Shown here: piece by piece, positions 29,328-38,773 of the stretch
Position numbering within the stretch: the first letter of the stretch is position 1
How the letters are laid out: each line of letters starts with the position of its first letter
DNA from: a virus
Length of the DNA stretch: 64,000 bases
Virus record (IMG/VR): IMGVR_UViG_3300042882_000881
Coordinates: 49,951 to 113,950 of that record
Strand: one strand, 5' to 3'
The notes under the pieces: generated by a model
The model's input: only the letters and a program-made list of their open reading frames with translations
The model's database searches: none
What the model was told of the DNA's origin: nothing
Made by a program: the position numbers and the translations under genes

Positions 29328-31307
29328 TTAAAAACTAAAATCTTTACAGCTATTAATCTCTTTAACATCTTCTAATATAGACTTTATTAGATCTTGAACT
29401 TTCTTTTTGATATCACCAAATAATTCCGATGCTTCATCTGCTTCGTTTTTGATATTTAGACTGGGTAATACTATTGATATTAAAAATAAGAATTCAATAA
29501 AACCAAATCGTTCTTCTTGCATATATATACTTGGATATCCCAAGCAATTATTTGGCATTGCGTATTCACCACAATTTACAGGACCATTTTTTTTGTCATC
29601 TTTTGGATTTGGATCATTTCCCCAGTTTTGGTCGGTTCTATTTGGCCAAGTATATTCGCAAAATGAACCATCTACACCTCCTATTCTTTTGAGTGGTCTA
29701 CCAAGATCTTGTGATGTTCGTATTAATCTATCTAATGGAGACAATCCACACGAAGGTAGTCTTGTTGCATTCAAAACTTTTACCAAATCACCCATTAAAC
29801 TAGCTATATCACCATTATCACAACTTTTTGTATTACCATTTTCATCTATATAAGTAACTACATTTTGACCCCTATTCCATGCTATACTTGGCTTAAATTC
29901 GTATTGTATAGCTAATTGACCATCTGTTTTTGTTATTCCTATTATTTTTGTGACCCCACTACACTGAGTATAAGGATCATTTTGATTTTTAATTAAATTT
30001 TGAGCATCAGCTATTGTAAAATCATCATCTATTGATCGTCCCATATTTTCAAGATCATTCGCAGTGAAATATTGTGTACTTATTACTCTGCAATTAGGAT
30101 CTAATGTTTCCATTATTGGTTTAATACAAGCATTTGCTTCGGCCACCTCTTTCCAATAGACTCCATTTGGTGGAGCAAAAGTCTCAGAGTGTCTTTTTCC
30201 GCACAGATTTCTTGATCCTTGACAAGCCTCCAGTGCTCTTCCAGACAGGCCTGCACAATTATGTCTTTCATAACCTCCAAGGCTATTTCCTATTGTTAAA
30301 GTTAAATATTGTCTTAAAGTATAATTAGTGTTACCTCCCGCTCCCGCTAGTAGCCCTAGAGCACCTTTTAAATTACTTAACCATAGTCCAGAATTTAGAT
30401 TAGCTTTATTAAATTCTTCGCTTAAGGCGCCGTTTATAAAGTCGTTTACCATTGTGGTATATGCTCCGACTATTCGTCCGGGCAAACTCTTTAAAAGGGC
30501 TGCTTTTGCTTCTGGGCCATCATATTTTTCAAGTAACTTAAGATATATCTTCTTAGGAGCAGGGTCAGAAATCTTTCCTATATATGAGTCTCCTTGTTCT
30601 TGCACCCAGATATCTCCACGAGTAACAGTTTCGTAAACAGCAACGAAAATTTGACCTTTGCATGTTGAACTTAGAGAAGGAAGATCCTCGAATTTTATTA
30701 TGAATTTAGAATCACAAACTGTTCCTATTTGTATTTCAGCATCTTCTGTTAATTCGAAAGTTGTATACGTTACCTCATTATGAAGAGTTTCATCACGTAC
30801 CTCTACCCAATTTTTACTTATTGTATAAATTCCATTCATACAATTATTAGGAACGGTCCATCCAGCAAAAGGACTAATGCAGCTATTCTCATATGCAGGA
30901 CAATCACTAAACCAATCAGCATCTGCCCAGGCTCCTATGTTATCACATAATGTGACCGGAGATCCTGTAGCATCTCCACCAAAATTCCCCTCACGAGTAC
31001 CACATAATTTATTACGCATATAATCTGTAATAGCTTTCTCAACGAGGAAGCAATTATTAAGACCATTATACCCTTTTGTTCCAAGTGTTGCTTGAATTAC
31101 AGCTTTAACTTTAGCTTTTCCTGATTTTATATTATCTTCTGTGCAAACATTTCTATTTCCACAAAAAGCATTTAGTTTACTAGCAATTAAAGATACTCCT
31201 TGTGGGCCAGTAATAGCCTCTATTATTTGTGGATGAATTACACCTGTGATATGATTTATGATAGCGTCTACGCAAGCTTTTAGAGGACCAGAACAATCTG
31301 TTGCCAT
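29328..31307 (-). CDS. Large Cys-rich hypothetical protein
   Basis: 659 aa with an AAGGA RBS, dispersed Cys and a hydrophobic stretch near the C-terminus. Confidence 0.6.
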   Translation of the reverse strand: MATDCSGPLKACVDAIINHITGVIHPQIIEAITGPQGVSLIASKLNAFCGNRNVCTEDNIKSGKAKVKAVIQATLGTKGYNGLNNCFLVEKAITDYMRNKLCGTREGNFGGDATGSPVTLCDNIGAWADADWFSDCPAYENSCISPFAGWTVPNNCMNGIYTISKNWVEVRDETLHNEVTYTTFELTEDAEIQIGTVCDSKFIIKFEDLPSLSSTCKGQIFVAVYETVTRGDIWVQEQGDSYIGKISDPAPKKIYLKLLEKYDGPEAKAALLKSLPGRIVGAYTTMVNDFINGALSEEFNKANLNSGLWLSNLKGALGLLAGAGGNTNYTLRQYLTLTIGNSLGGYERHNCAGLSGRALEACQGSRNLCGKRHSETFAPPNGVYWKEVAEANACIKPIMETLDPNCRVISTQYFTANDLENMGRSIDDDFTIADAQNLIKNQNDPYTQCSGVTKIIGITKTDGQLAIQYEFKPSIAWNRGQNVVTYIDENGNTKSCDNGDIASLMGDLVKVLNATRLPSCGLSPLDRLIRTSQDLGRPLKRIGGVDGSFCEYTWPNRTDQNWGNDPNPKDDKKNGPVNCGEYAMPNNCLGYPSIYMQEERFGFIEFLFLISIVLPSLNIKNEADEASELFGDIKKKVQDLIKSILEDVKEINSCKDFSF

Positions 31308-31330
31308 TTTTAATTCCTTTTATTAATTTA

Positions 31331-32212
31331 TTAATTTGGTTTTGATATATTTATTGTTTGACTTGGTTTATCATAAGTTCCATTTTTTGTAATAACAGTT
31401 AATGGCTTATTATTTGAATCAACAGACAGATTAAAATCACTATTTAGAATATTAGTAATGCCTACCTTGTCAAGAGAAAAACCAAATAGATATTGCTTAG
31501 CAGTAAGAGATAGTGCTGGTAACTGATTAACAAAGTCCCAAACATAAGGAGCTAATCCATTATTTGGCATTAAATTTGAATTAAATTTTAATAAGCTTTC
31601 AATAAGAAATACTTCTTCTGTTGATAGTTCTAAATCATTTTTATAATTGTTCTTAATTTTAAAGTTATAATTTGAATCTTTTGTGGTTATTGAACTTAGT
31701 AAGTTTAATGATAGATCATCTACTATCCAAGATTTAACTCTGTTAGTATCAATATTTAATTTATTTCTGATAAATCCACCAGAAGTTTGAAGAGTAAAAT
31801 CAACAAATACATTAAGTCCATCACTATACATAGTATCTGATAGCGTATTATAAAGTTGATCTAATAAATCTCTGTCTGATGCTGATTCAAATGATAATTC
31901 TGGAAATACTGAACTATGATAATTATTACCTTGCTCTAATGTTATATTATATTTTGATTCTAAAAAATCTAACCATTGATCACCAGTAATTACTGATGTT
32001 GATGATGGAGCCAAAATATTTAATAGATCATAGTAGTACGATCCGTTGTTGTTTCTTACAGCAACATTAGATTTAACATAAATATCTGCATTAATGACAA
32101 ATTTATATGTGGGGTCAGTTTTCAAAACTCTATGCTTTAAGATCATGCATGGAATTCTGGTTTTGTGCCATTCGCCAGATGTGAGTTTTATATTTGTATT
32201 TTTAGTATTCAT
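31331..32212 (-). CDS. Hypothetical protein
   Basis: 293-aa ORF in operon. Confidence 0.55.
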   Translation of the reverse strand: MNTKNTNIKLTSGEWHKTRIPCMILKHRVLKTDPTYKFVINADIYVKSNVAVRNNNGSYYYDLLNILAPSSTSVITGDQWLDFLESKYNITLEQGNNYHSSVFPELSFESASDRDLLDQLYNTLSDTMYSDGLNVFVDFTLQTSGGFIRNKLNIDTNRVKSWIVDDLSLNLLSSITTKDSNYNFKIKNNYKNDLELSTEEVFLIESLLKFNSNLMPNNGLAPYVWDFVNQLPALSLTAKQYLFGFSLDKVGITNILNSDFNLSVDSNNKPLTVITKNGTYDKPSQTINISKPN

Positions 32213-32451
32213 AGTCTAGACTCTACAACCTTTGGTGCATTATTTAATAATTTGTATGACACATAACCTTTTACTAATGATCTATTATGAGTATAAATTG
32301 GGTCTAAATTAATAGTTCCCTTATTATATGTATTTTGATTAGAAGTATAAGAAGAAGCCACAGCACAACAATTTAAACCATCAGATGCTGACTGCATTCT
32401 GGAAGTTCCTCTTGTTGGTGGTCTATCGGGTGATGGACTATAAGAAGACAT
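32209..32451 (-). CDS. Small hypothetical protein
   Basis: 80 aa, downstream of a GGTGTAT motif. Confidence 0.5.
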   Translation of the reverse strand: MSSYSPSPDRPPTRGTSRMQSASDGLNCCAVASSYTSNQNTYNKGTINLDPIYTHNRSLVKGYVSYKLLNNAPKVVESRL

Positions 32452-32484
32452 AGTTTGACCTATTTATTTAGAGAATTAAATCAA

Positions 32485-32499
32485 TGTATAATACACCGG
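32485..32499 (-). promoter_or_regulatory. Putative phage late-promoter motif
   Basis: CCGGTGTATTATA in an intergenic gap; the motif recurs in other gaps. Confidence 0.5.
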
Positions 32500-32504
32500 C
32501 ATAT

Positions 32505-32750
32505 TTATTTTTGTAGTTTATTGTACACTACTAAGGCTAGTACTGATCCAATAATACCCATAAAAATACCAGCAGGAGAAACTGCATCATATGTTCCTAA
32601 TAGGTACAATATTGAACCCCCAACATATGATCCAGCAACACCAAGAGCTATTGTTTTTACAAATCCGAAATTTTCTTCACCAGGAACTAGAGCTTTGGCT
32701 ATAGCACCAGTAAATATACCATAAACACACCATACTAAAAGATTAAACAT
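32505..32750 (-). CDS. GlsB/YeaQ/YmgE (transglycosylase-associated) membrane protein
   Basis: G...GAIAKALVPG...TIALGVAGSYVGG...GIIGSVL; three TM segments. Confidence 0.85.
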   Translation of the reverse strand: MFNLLVWCVYGIFTGAIAKALVPGEENFGFVKTIALGVAGSYVGGSILYLLGTYDAVSPAGIFMGIIGSVLALVVYNKLQK

Positions 32751-33135
32751 TCGCGGCCTCCACTAGGGTTGAAACTTCCTCGTCCGTGAGATTCTCTCCT
32801 ATATCAAGCAATGCTTCAGTTAATTTAATACCATATTTATTAAATTCATCTTGAGTTAATTCTTTTCTGATTACTCTTTTAATTCTCATACGAGTAAACC
32901 AGCCTCTTTTTTTGCTGAAAGATCTTATACTTTCACCATAAGTGGCACACTTATCTTGAGCAGTCATATTCTCTGTTTTATTCTTATTACATTCTTGTAA
33001 AACTCTGATAACAGTAAGAATAATACTTATAACCATTAAGATAGCTATAATACTGCCAAATTTTTCGTCCTCATTAATATTAACTCTTTTCAATACTTTT
33101 TTAGCTAATTCTTTTAGTTCTTCATTTTCTGACAT
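32743..33135 (-). CDS. Membrane protein
   Basis: TM segment FGSIIAILMVISIILTVIRVL. Confidence 0.6.
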   Translation of the reverse strand: MSENEELKELAKKVLKRVNINEDEKFGSIIAILMVISIILTVIRVLQECNKNKTENMTAQDKCATYGESIRSFSKKRGWFTRMRIKRVIRKELTQDEFNKYGIKLTEALLDIGENLTDEEVSTLVEAANV

Positions 33136-33136
33136 A

Positions 33137-33481
33137 TTATCTCCTAATAATTTTGGAGTTTGATGAACATGAATTATCTTTACATTGTGGTTGTTGTGGC
33201 TGAACTTTTAATACTGTTGGAGGAAGAGGACTAAGTAGTTGTTGTTCTGGTTCGCAGTATCCACAATCTACTTTTTTAATACCATCACCACTAATATACC
33301 ACCCTTTACCCTCACATACCGGACAATCTTTTCTTTTATACTTTTTAACACTAACTACTGTTCTACTTTTTAGAATACCACCAGCTAATGTTACAGCCGC
33401 TTTTGTTGATCCATCATATTGTGATGAACCAAATATTAAAGAGGCTAATAATAATATTGACAAACTATTGTTTAGTGTCAT
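33137..33481 (-). CDS. Signal-anchored protein with a CxxCxGxG Zn finger
   Basis: Hydrophobic N-terminus; CPVCEGKG...CGYC. Confidence 0.6.
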   Translation of the reverse strand: MTLNNSLSILLLASLIFGSSQYDGSTKAAVTLAGGILKSRTVVSVKKYKRKDCPVCEGKGWYISGDGIKKVDCGYCEPEQQLLSPLPPTVLKVQPQQPQCKDNSCSSNSKIIRR

Positions 33482-33635
33482 CTTTGATAAGATTAGGAAA
33501 TAATCTTTTCCTTTTTTTAGGTTTAGTATCTATATTATCTACACTATTTGGTGCAAATATTTTTAAAATTCCAACAATAAAATTAAGAATCATAGAAATT
33601 AATCTATTTAGTACAATCTGATCTAGAATTTTCAT
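33465..33635 (-). CDS. 56-aa amphipathic/basic peptide (not in ORF track)
   Basis: MKILDQIVLNRLISMILNFIVGILKIFAP...KPKKRKRLFP; ATGA overlap with the peptidase stop. Confidence 0.55.
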   Translation of the reverse strand: MKILDQIVLNRLISMILNFIVGILKIFAPNSVDNIDTKPKKRKRLFPNLIKDDTKQ

Positions 33636-34558
33636 AAATAATCATCAAATCCATAAGTAGGAAGTTTTTGCACAGGAAAACCGTCAAAATTACTAAAAGC
33701 ATAACTACCATTTGCTGCTAACATTCCAGCAGCAACTTCAGCACGAATAAGAAATGATCCATCAGGAATTGGGCCCCATTCTGGATGACCACCATCATTC
33801 CATTTGCCCCAACTATTTTGTACTAAGAATAATGGTTCACTACCAGTATCATCACACGCTATCCAGGCCATACAATGGGCCCAGTTTCCGCTAGTGTTAG
33901 AGATGCCCTTTTTATCTCTTTTATTGGAGAATCCATAATTTGAACATACTGCTAAACCATAACCATTAGCAAGAGCATCACGAGCTTCTTCTATTGTTTG
34001 TATCAAACTAACAGTTTTAATTTGATGATCATTAGCAAGATCAATAACAGGATCTGGTAAGCCTCGTCCTCCCCAACCAGCACCAAGGTTACCATTATAT
34101 TTAGTAAAGTCAGCAACACCTTTGTAGTTTTGGCGTAACACTATACCACCATTCTTGCTAACGAACTCTGCTGCTCTAGAGCAACTCATTCCTTGTCCAC
34201 CATGTCCGCGAGCACCATAAATAGCCTCAGTTGCCCCTCTGGCCATCCATGCTTCTCTTTCATTATGAACATCTATTTCTACTGCTCTGCTAACATCACA
34301 AGCGTTTCGTGTTCCGTGGGACACACAATCTCCAGTGGTTTGTCTTTCATTATATGGATTACTATCAAATTTTAACACACTCTTGTATGGTGTTGATAGT
34401 TTACCCTTACCACTATTCTTAATTCTTCTGCTAGCATCTCCAAATAAAGGATACTTGCTATTTTCCATTAGATGATCAAAAACGTGTTGTTCCCACAAAC
34501 AACCACTAAATCCTTTGCGATAGTTATTATATAATTCTTCAGGAGATAGTCTAGCCAT
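33632..34558 (-). CDS. Papain-like (C1) cysteine peptidase
   Basis: Q-TTGD-C-VSH, W-A-H-C-M and QNSWG give the Gln/Cys/His/Asn catalytic set. Confidence 0.8.
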   Translation of the reverse strand: MARLSPEELYNNYRKGFSGCLWEQHVFDHLMENSKYPLFGDASRRIKNSGKGKLSTPYKSVLKFDSNPYNERQTTGDCVSHGTRNACDVSRAVEIDVHNEREAWMARGATEAIYGARGHGGQGMSCSRAAEFVSKNGGIVLRQNYKGVADFTKYNGNLGAGWGGRGLPDPVIDLANDHQIKTVSLIQTIEEARDALANGYGLAVCSNYGFSNKRDKKGISNTSGNWAHCMAWIACDDTGSEPLFLVQNSWGKWNDGGHPEWGPIPDGSFLIRAEVAAGMLAANGSYAFSNFDGFPVQKLPTYGFDDYL

Positions 34559-35043
34559 TATTTTGCCCCCTGATCACAAGCCCACGCTAAAGCCCTAAAT
34601 CCATCTACAGCCTTAGCTCTTAAATCTTTGTTTAAAGGAACATTATCATCTCCAATTGATGATACAATAACTGCTTTTGCTGCTGAAGCCAACTCTGGAT
34701 ACTTGCCTTTGATATTCATCTTTAGCATAAGTCCGCTTAGACTATTAGCTTGACGAATATCATCAGTATTCTTAACTATTTGATCTTCTCCATCAAGTTC
34801 AACAAGAGATGCCATATCCATATATAATGAGGCTAATCTTTTTGATTCAGACGATGAAGCCCCACCACTTTTTAATGCTTTTGTTACTAGATCACATTCA
34901 TCTAATAGTTCGACATTAGTTGGCTTTGATATATTTAGATCAGAAGGACTGTTATTCTTAAATAGATTAGTTAGATCAGGCTTTAAAAGACCTATTGCTA
35001 ATAATAATCCACCAAGAACTAATAATACTTTTTTGTTATTCAT
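34558..35043 (-). CDS. Membrane-anchored helical protein
   Basis: N-terminal TM KKVLLVLGGLLLAIGLL. Confidence 0.6.
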   Translation of the reverse strand: MNNKKVLLVLGGLLLAIGLLKPDLTNLFKNNSPSDLNISKPTNVELLDECDLVTKALKSGGASSSESKRLASLYMDMASLVELDGEDQIVKNTDDIRQANSLSGLMLKMNIKGKYPELASAAKAVIVSSIGDDNVPLNKDLRAKAVDGFRALAWACDQGAK

Positions 35044-35411
35044 AGAACTACTCCATCTTTACCACAACCATTTGGACTTAGATACGGAAACATTTGATCA
35101 GCAACCTTAACGGCTTCTGAGCATTTGTTTTGAACAGCCAAGTCTCTGGTCTTTTTCCATGATGTTACTAATTCAAAAAACAAATCATCGCCAGCTACTG
35201 GTTCTGCTGTTACGACTGATGGAACAACAGCAGAAACTACTGAGGATGTTTTATTAGTTACATTATTAAATAGCTTAAGAACAGCGCTCTTTAATGGATC
35301 TAGCTTTTCTTTAAATAAAACATAAACAATTATGCCAGCACCAGCATATAGTAAAAGATCTGTTGGGCCTAATCTTGTTGAAAATTGCTCAAAACTTTCT
35401 GCGTAATTCAT
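35040..35411 (-). CDS. Membrane protein
   Basis: TM LLLYAGAGIIVYVLF. Confidence 0.6.
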   Translation of the reverse strand: MNYAESFEQFSTRLGPTDLLLYAGAGIIVYVLFKEKLDPLKSAVLKLFNNVTNKTSSVVSAVVPSVVTAEPVAGDDLFFELVTSWKKTRDLAVQNKCSEAVKVADQMFPYLSPNGCGKDGVVL

Positions 35412-35791
35412 GATGTCTCCTCTTTCTTTTTGAAAATACCTACACTTTTGAATATTGTTACAGTAGCATCTATTGATGATCCAACCATAGTCATTAATAT
35501 GCTCTTAACGTACCTATGTATAATAGGCTCAAAAACATTTGGAACAAATGGAATATCTATTACTACGAACACAGCATCATAAAAACCGTTAATTGAATTT
35601 AGGGCTAATTGTTTCTTATCTTTTCCAGCTAAATCAGTTGCTATATTTTCTATACGCTGTACAACAATTGCTGTTGTTAGTTGTAATATTTTCCAAGCCT
35701 CACTTAGGGCTATTTTTTGGACGTTTTGTATTGACTCTTTTGTTTGACTTGCTAGTTTTTCTACTTCTTGATTTAGTAACTGCTGGCTCAT
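35408..35791 (-). CDS. Holin-associated-like helical protein
   Basis: G.DKK..AL motif seen in small phage membrane-associated proteins; start MSQQ at 35791. Confidence 0.45.
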   Translation of the reverse strand: MSQQLLNQEVEKLASQTKESIQNVQKIALSEAWKILQLTTAIVVQRIENIATDLAGKDKKQLALNSINGFYDAVFVVIDIPFVPNVFEPIIHRYVKSILMTMVGSSIDATVTIFKSVGIFKKKEETS

Positions 35792-36029
35792 TTTCAACCT
35801 TTTGTTCTGTAAAAGCTTTTTTAACTGTTGATCTACCTTTGATATATTTGTATAAGATAAATAACTGTCCACCAATTAATATACACGATTCAACACCATG
35901 ACTAACATCTCTTATAAGATCTTCTTTTTGACCATTTTCCCCTATTATTCCCACCAAATACAGACCGCTGAATATAAAACTTACAAATGTAAACCAAAAT
36001 TCACTAGTTCTATACCCTGGTTTTATCAT
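35700..36029 (-). CDS. Holin-like protein
   Basis: KPGYRTSEFW N-terminus, two TM segments and a very basic tail; ATG overlaps the upstream TGA. Confidence 0.55.
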   Translation of the reverse strand: MIKPGYRTSEFWFTFVSFIFSGLYLVGIIGENGQKEDLIRDVSHGVESCILIGGQLFILYKYIKGRSTVKKAFTEQKVENEPAVTKSRSRKTSKSNKRVNTKRPKNSPK

Positions 36030-38164
36030 GGACAACCTCCGGCTGTTGGAGCCTCATTTATATTGTCAGGACAGCAGTACCAGCCTTCGAAAGTGAGTTT
36101 TCCAGACGGACACTCTGTTGGCTCAGCCCCCCATGAAACTTTAAGAACATTTCCATTGGCAGCATCTCTCCAAAGTCTACCAGGAACTAGAGGGTCTATA
36201 CTAGGAACGGTGGTAAAATCGATATCATTAATATTAAAACTATATGGTTCCCATAATTCAGTAGTAAAATTATATCTTAATAATTGTTTATCCGTGACTC
36301 CAGTAACAGATACATTATGTAGTTCTTCTAATTCGTACCCATTTTGAACTCTAACTTCAACGACGCCTGCATTTTGATGTGTTCTTACTATAACGCCCAT
36401 AGCAACCATATGATTTGGTGCTGAAGGCTTTGTGGTTGTAAATCCTCCAGCAACACTGGGACTTAACCATAGTGTTGTACCATTAACATTTCCTGTTGGT
36501 GCGGTAGGATTAAATTGATCTGTATTTATCCCGGTTAAGGCTCCAAATACAATAACTTTTCCTGTGCTCATATGATTAATTGCTTCTGCTGTTATTCCAT
36601 AAGTTTTACTACTGGTTGATTCTGTATTAGCTTGTGCTAAGCTAATTGTGGGAGTATCTCCTTGTCCACCGTTAACATATATAGCAGTAAATTTAGGAAT
36701 AATACTTCCAGTTTGATTAAAAACAGTAGTAATAACAGATGCTGACTCTTGAACAGCGGTTGGGCCATCTAGCGTAAAGGCCCCATTCACCTCTGTAACA
36801 GTTATATTGCTTCCCTGAATAATATCATTAACAGGATAAGGAATATTTGGTATATCTCTACCATCAAGATTTAGTCTATATCCAGAACCAACATTGGTCC
36901 AATAGGTTGTGTCTGTAACGGGCAAGCTCTCATTATCAAAATTAGCCTTATATAAAGTACCAGCATGATAAACAACATCATTGGCTAAATACCTAGTACC
37001 ATCAGCAAGAGTATGATTAGCTGTCCACTGAAGAGCAGTATTAACAGACGCTGTGCTTTGCGTTGTATTATTTGGAAATGTTAAGGTGCCGTCTACACCA
37101 AAAGTCCAGTGATTATTATTTGAGTCGGTACCAATAACAACGTTCCCACCATCTTTTTCGATCTTAACGTACTGATCATCATCTCCTAAATAAATATCAA
37201 CATTTTCTGGATCTCCTGCCACAAGATGCACATGACTATGTTCTGAATTTGATATATCGTTATTCGTCACAGTAACATATTGACCAATGGGCATAGCATT
37301 TTCTTCAAAGTTATAATATAATGCTGGATCATTTTCTGTCTCTATATTAGTTGATCTTGTTCCATCAACACTTGTTATTGTTAAAGTAAATTCAGTAATC
37401 TGACTATCGACTGGTATAGTCCAAGTAATAGTTTCTGTGTCTGGACCAGATGTGCTTACAAAAGTTAATTTACCGGTTAATGGTCGTCCCAATGATTGTT
37501 CTGTTACTCCACTGCCAGTAATAGTATAGTTTACTGTTCCAAAATAAGCCCAAGTTTGAAGAGTTACAGAAATTGTAATAGGACTACCATAGACTATAAA
37601 ATCACTAGAGTTTATACTCCAAATAGCGGCAGTTGGTCGAATGACTAAACTTTGTCCAGCGGCTGCTGTTGGAGGCATTAAAGATATTGTATTATTTGTT
37701 TCGCTTAGTATGCTACCATTGGGTAATGTTAGTTCACCATCTGTATTAAAAGTCCACTGATATGTGTATGTGTCGCTATTGGATTCTATTCTAACTTCAC
37801 TTGCGGCCATAATAACAACATCATCACCAAGTGCTTCAAGCCATAGATCGTCTGCGGCAGAGATGCCAATGTCAGCATCTTGTTCACCATCAGTTCTAGT
37901 AGTCTTAATTTGAAAATCATCATCCACTGCACCCCATAGAGTTTTAGTTCCTTCTATTACTGGGAATGAAGTCATACCATCGCTGCCAAGTACCACTTGA
38001 TATTCACCATTGACCAATCGATCATTAATAATGGATTTCAGTTCAGATAGTGATATCTTTTTAGTAATCCCACCACTCGAAGGACTGTCCATAAAAATGA
38101 AAACATCATCATTACTTAAGTTGCCACTACCTTCTGGTAATTCATTAATTCTAATTATAGCCAT
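36026..38164 (-). CDS. Tail fibre / virion appendage protein
   Basis: MAIIRINELP N-terminus; WTF..DG.LT.P repeats; CBM-like RY..NDVV...G.LYKA...YW; ELEELHNV...LLRYN motif. Confidence 0.65.
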   Translation of the reverse strand: MAIIRINELPEGSGNLSNDDVFIFMDSPSSGGITKKISLSELKSIINDRLVNGEYQVVLGSDGMTSFPVIEGTKTLWGAVDDDFQIKTTRTDGEQDADIGISAADDLWLEALGDDVVIMAASEVRIESNSDTYTYQWTFNTDGELTLPNGSILSETNNTISLMPPTAAAGQSLVIRPTAAIWSINSSDFIVYGSPITISVTLQTWAYFGTVNYTITGSGVTEQSLGRPLTGKLTFVSTSGPDTETITWTIPVDSQITEFTLTITSVDGTRSTNIETENDPALYYNFEENAMPIGQYVTVTNNDISNSEHSHVHLVAGDPENVDIYLGDDDQYVKIEKDGGNVVIGTDSNNNHWTFGVDGTLTFPNNTTQSTASVNTALQWTANHTLADGTRYLANDVVYHAGTLYKANFDNESLPVTDTTYWTNVGSGYRLNLDGRDIPNIPYPVNDIIQGSNITVTEVNGAFTLDGPTAVQESASVITTVFNQTGSIIPKFTAIYVNGGQGDTPTISLAQANTESTSSKTYGITAEAINHMSTGKVIVFGALTGINTDQFNPTAPTGNVNGTTLWLSPSVAGGFTTTKPSAPNHMVAMGVIVRTHQNAGVVEVRVQNGYELEELHNVSVTGVTDKQLLRYNFTTELWEPYSFNINDIDFTTVPSIDPLVPGRLWRDAANGNVLKVSWGAEPTECPSGKLTFEGWYCCPDNINEAPTAGGCP

Positions 38165-38166
38165 AA

Positions 38167-38403
38167 TTATACTCCGAGAACATCTTCACCATAGAATCCG
38201 CCGTCGGTATCTCCACGGCCACCATAATAGTAGCTTGGATCATCAAATCTGTTATCATATTTAGATGATACTGATCCAATGTTTGGTCTATTGCTAGACG
38301 ATGATAAATTTAATGAATATTTACCAGTTTTGGAGCAAGTTAATACTATGCTACCATTGTGAATACTTTTAGACGAAATAGAAAGTTGAACATCATTAGC
38401 CAT
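38167..38403 (-). CDS. Small hypothetical protein
   Basis: AAGGTG RBS; downstream of a GGTGTAAT motif. Confidence 0.55.
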   Translation of the reverse strand: MANDVQLSISSKSIHNGSIVLTCSKTGKYSLNLSSSSNRPNIGSVSSKYDNRFDDPSYYYGGRGDTDGGFYGEDVLGV

Positions 38404-38429
38404 AAATCACCTTTAATTTGTTAAGACAA

Positions 38430-38444
38430 TTTATATTACACCAG
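38430..38444 (-). promoter_or_regulatory. Putative phage late-promoter motif
   Basis: CTGGTGTAATATAAA in an intergenic gap. Confidence 0.45.
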
Positions 38445-38448
38445 AAAG

Positions 38449-38766
38449 CTATTTTGATTCTATTCTATATTCTATGGCTTCAAGAGTTTTTGTGAGTGTA
38501 GCTATCTGAATTTTTAACTCATTCATAACATCAGTATTTCTTTGTAAAGCCTGAGAAAATGCTGCTTGAATTTCCTTATTAGAGTTCAATCTCTCCATAA
38601 TAAATTGACGATCTTGAAGATATGGCGATTTGGTTTCTATAAGATCGCACACTTCTGCTTTAGTTGCCATATTTTTGCCTACGGCAACCCAAAAACCTAT
38701 CATGGTAACAATAATGCCAACAGAAGTTGTGGCAATATGTTGCCAAAAATTAGTTAATTCTGCCAT
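38449..38766 (-). CDS. TM plus coiled-coil protein (XhlA/holin-like architecture)
   Basis: N-terminal TM followed by heptad repeats. Confidence 0.5.
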   Translation of the reverse strand: MAELTNFWQHIATTSVGIIVTMIGFWVAVGKNMATKAEVCDLIETKSPYLQDRQFIMERLNSNKEIQAAFSQALQRNTDVMNELKIQIATLTKTLEAIEYRIESK

Positions 38767-38773
38767 TATAAGC

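Noticed and set aside
36027-36035. Holin/antiholin dual start (M-S-M)
   Set aside because: The first 'Met' is a TTG inside the upstream gene; the ATG at 36029 forms an ATGA overlap and is the simpler start.
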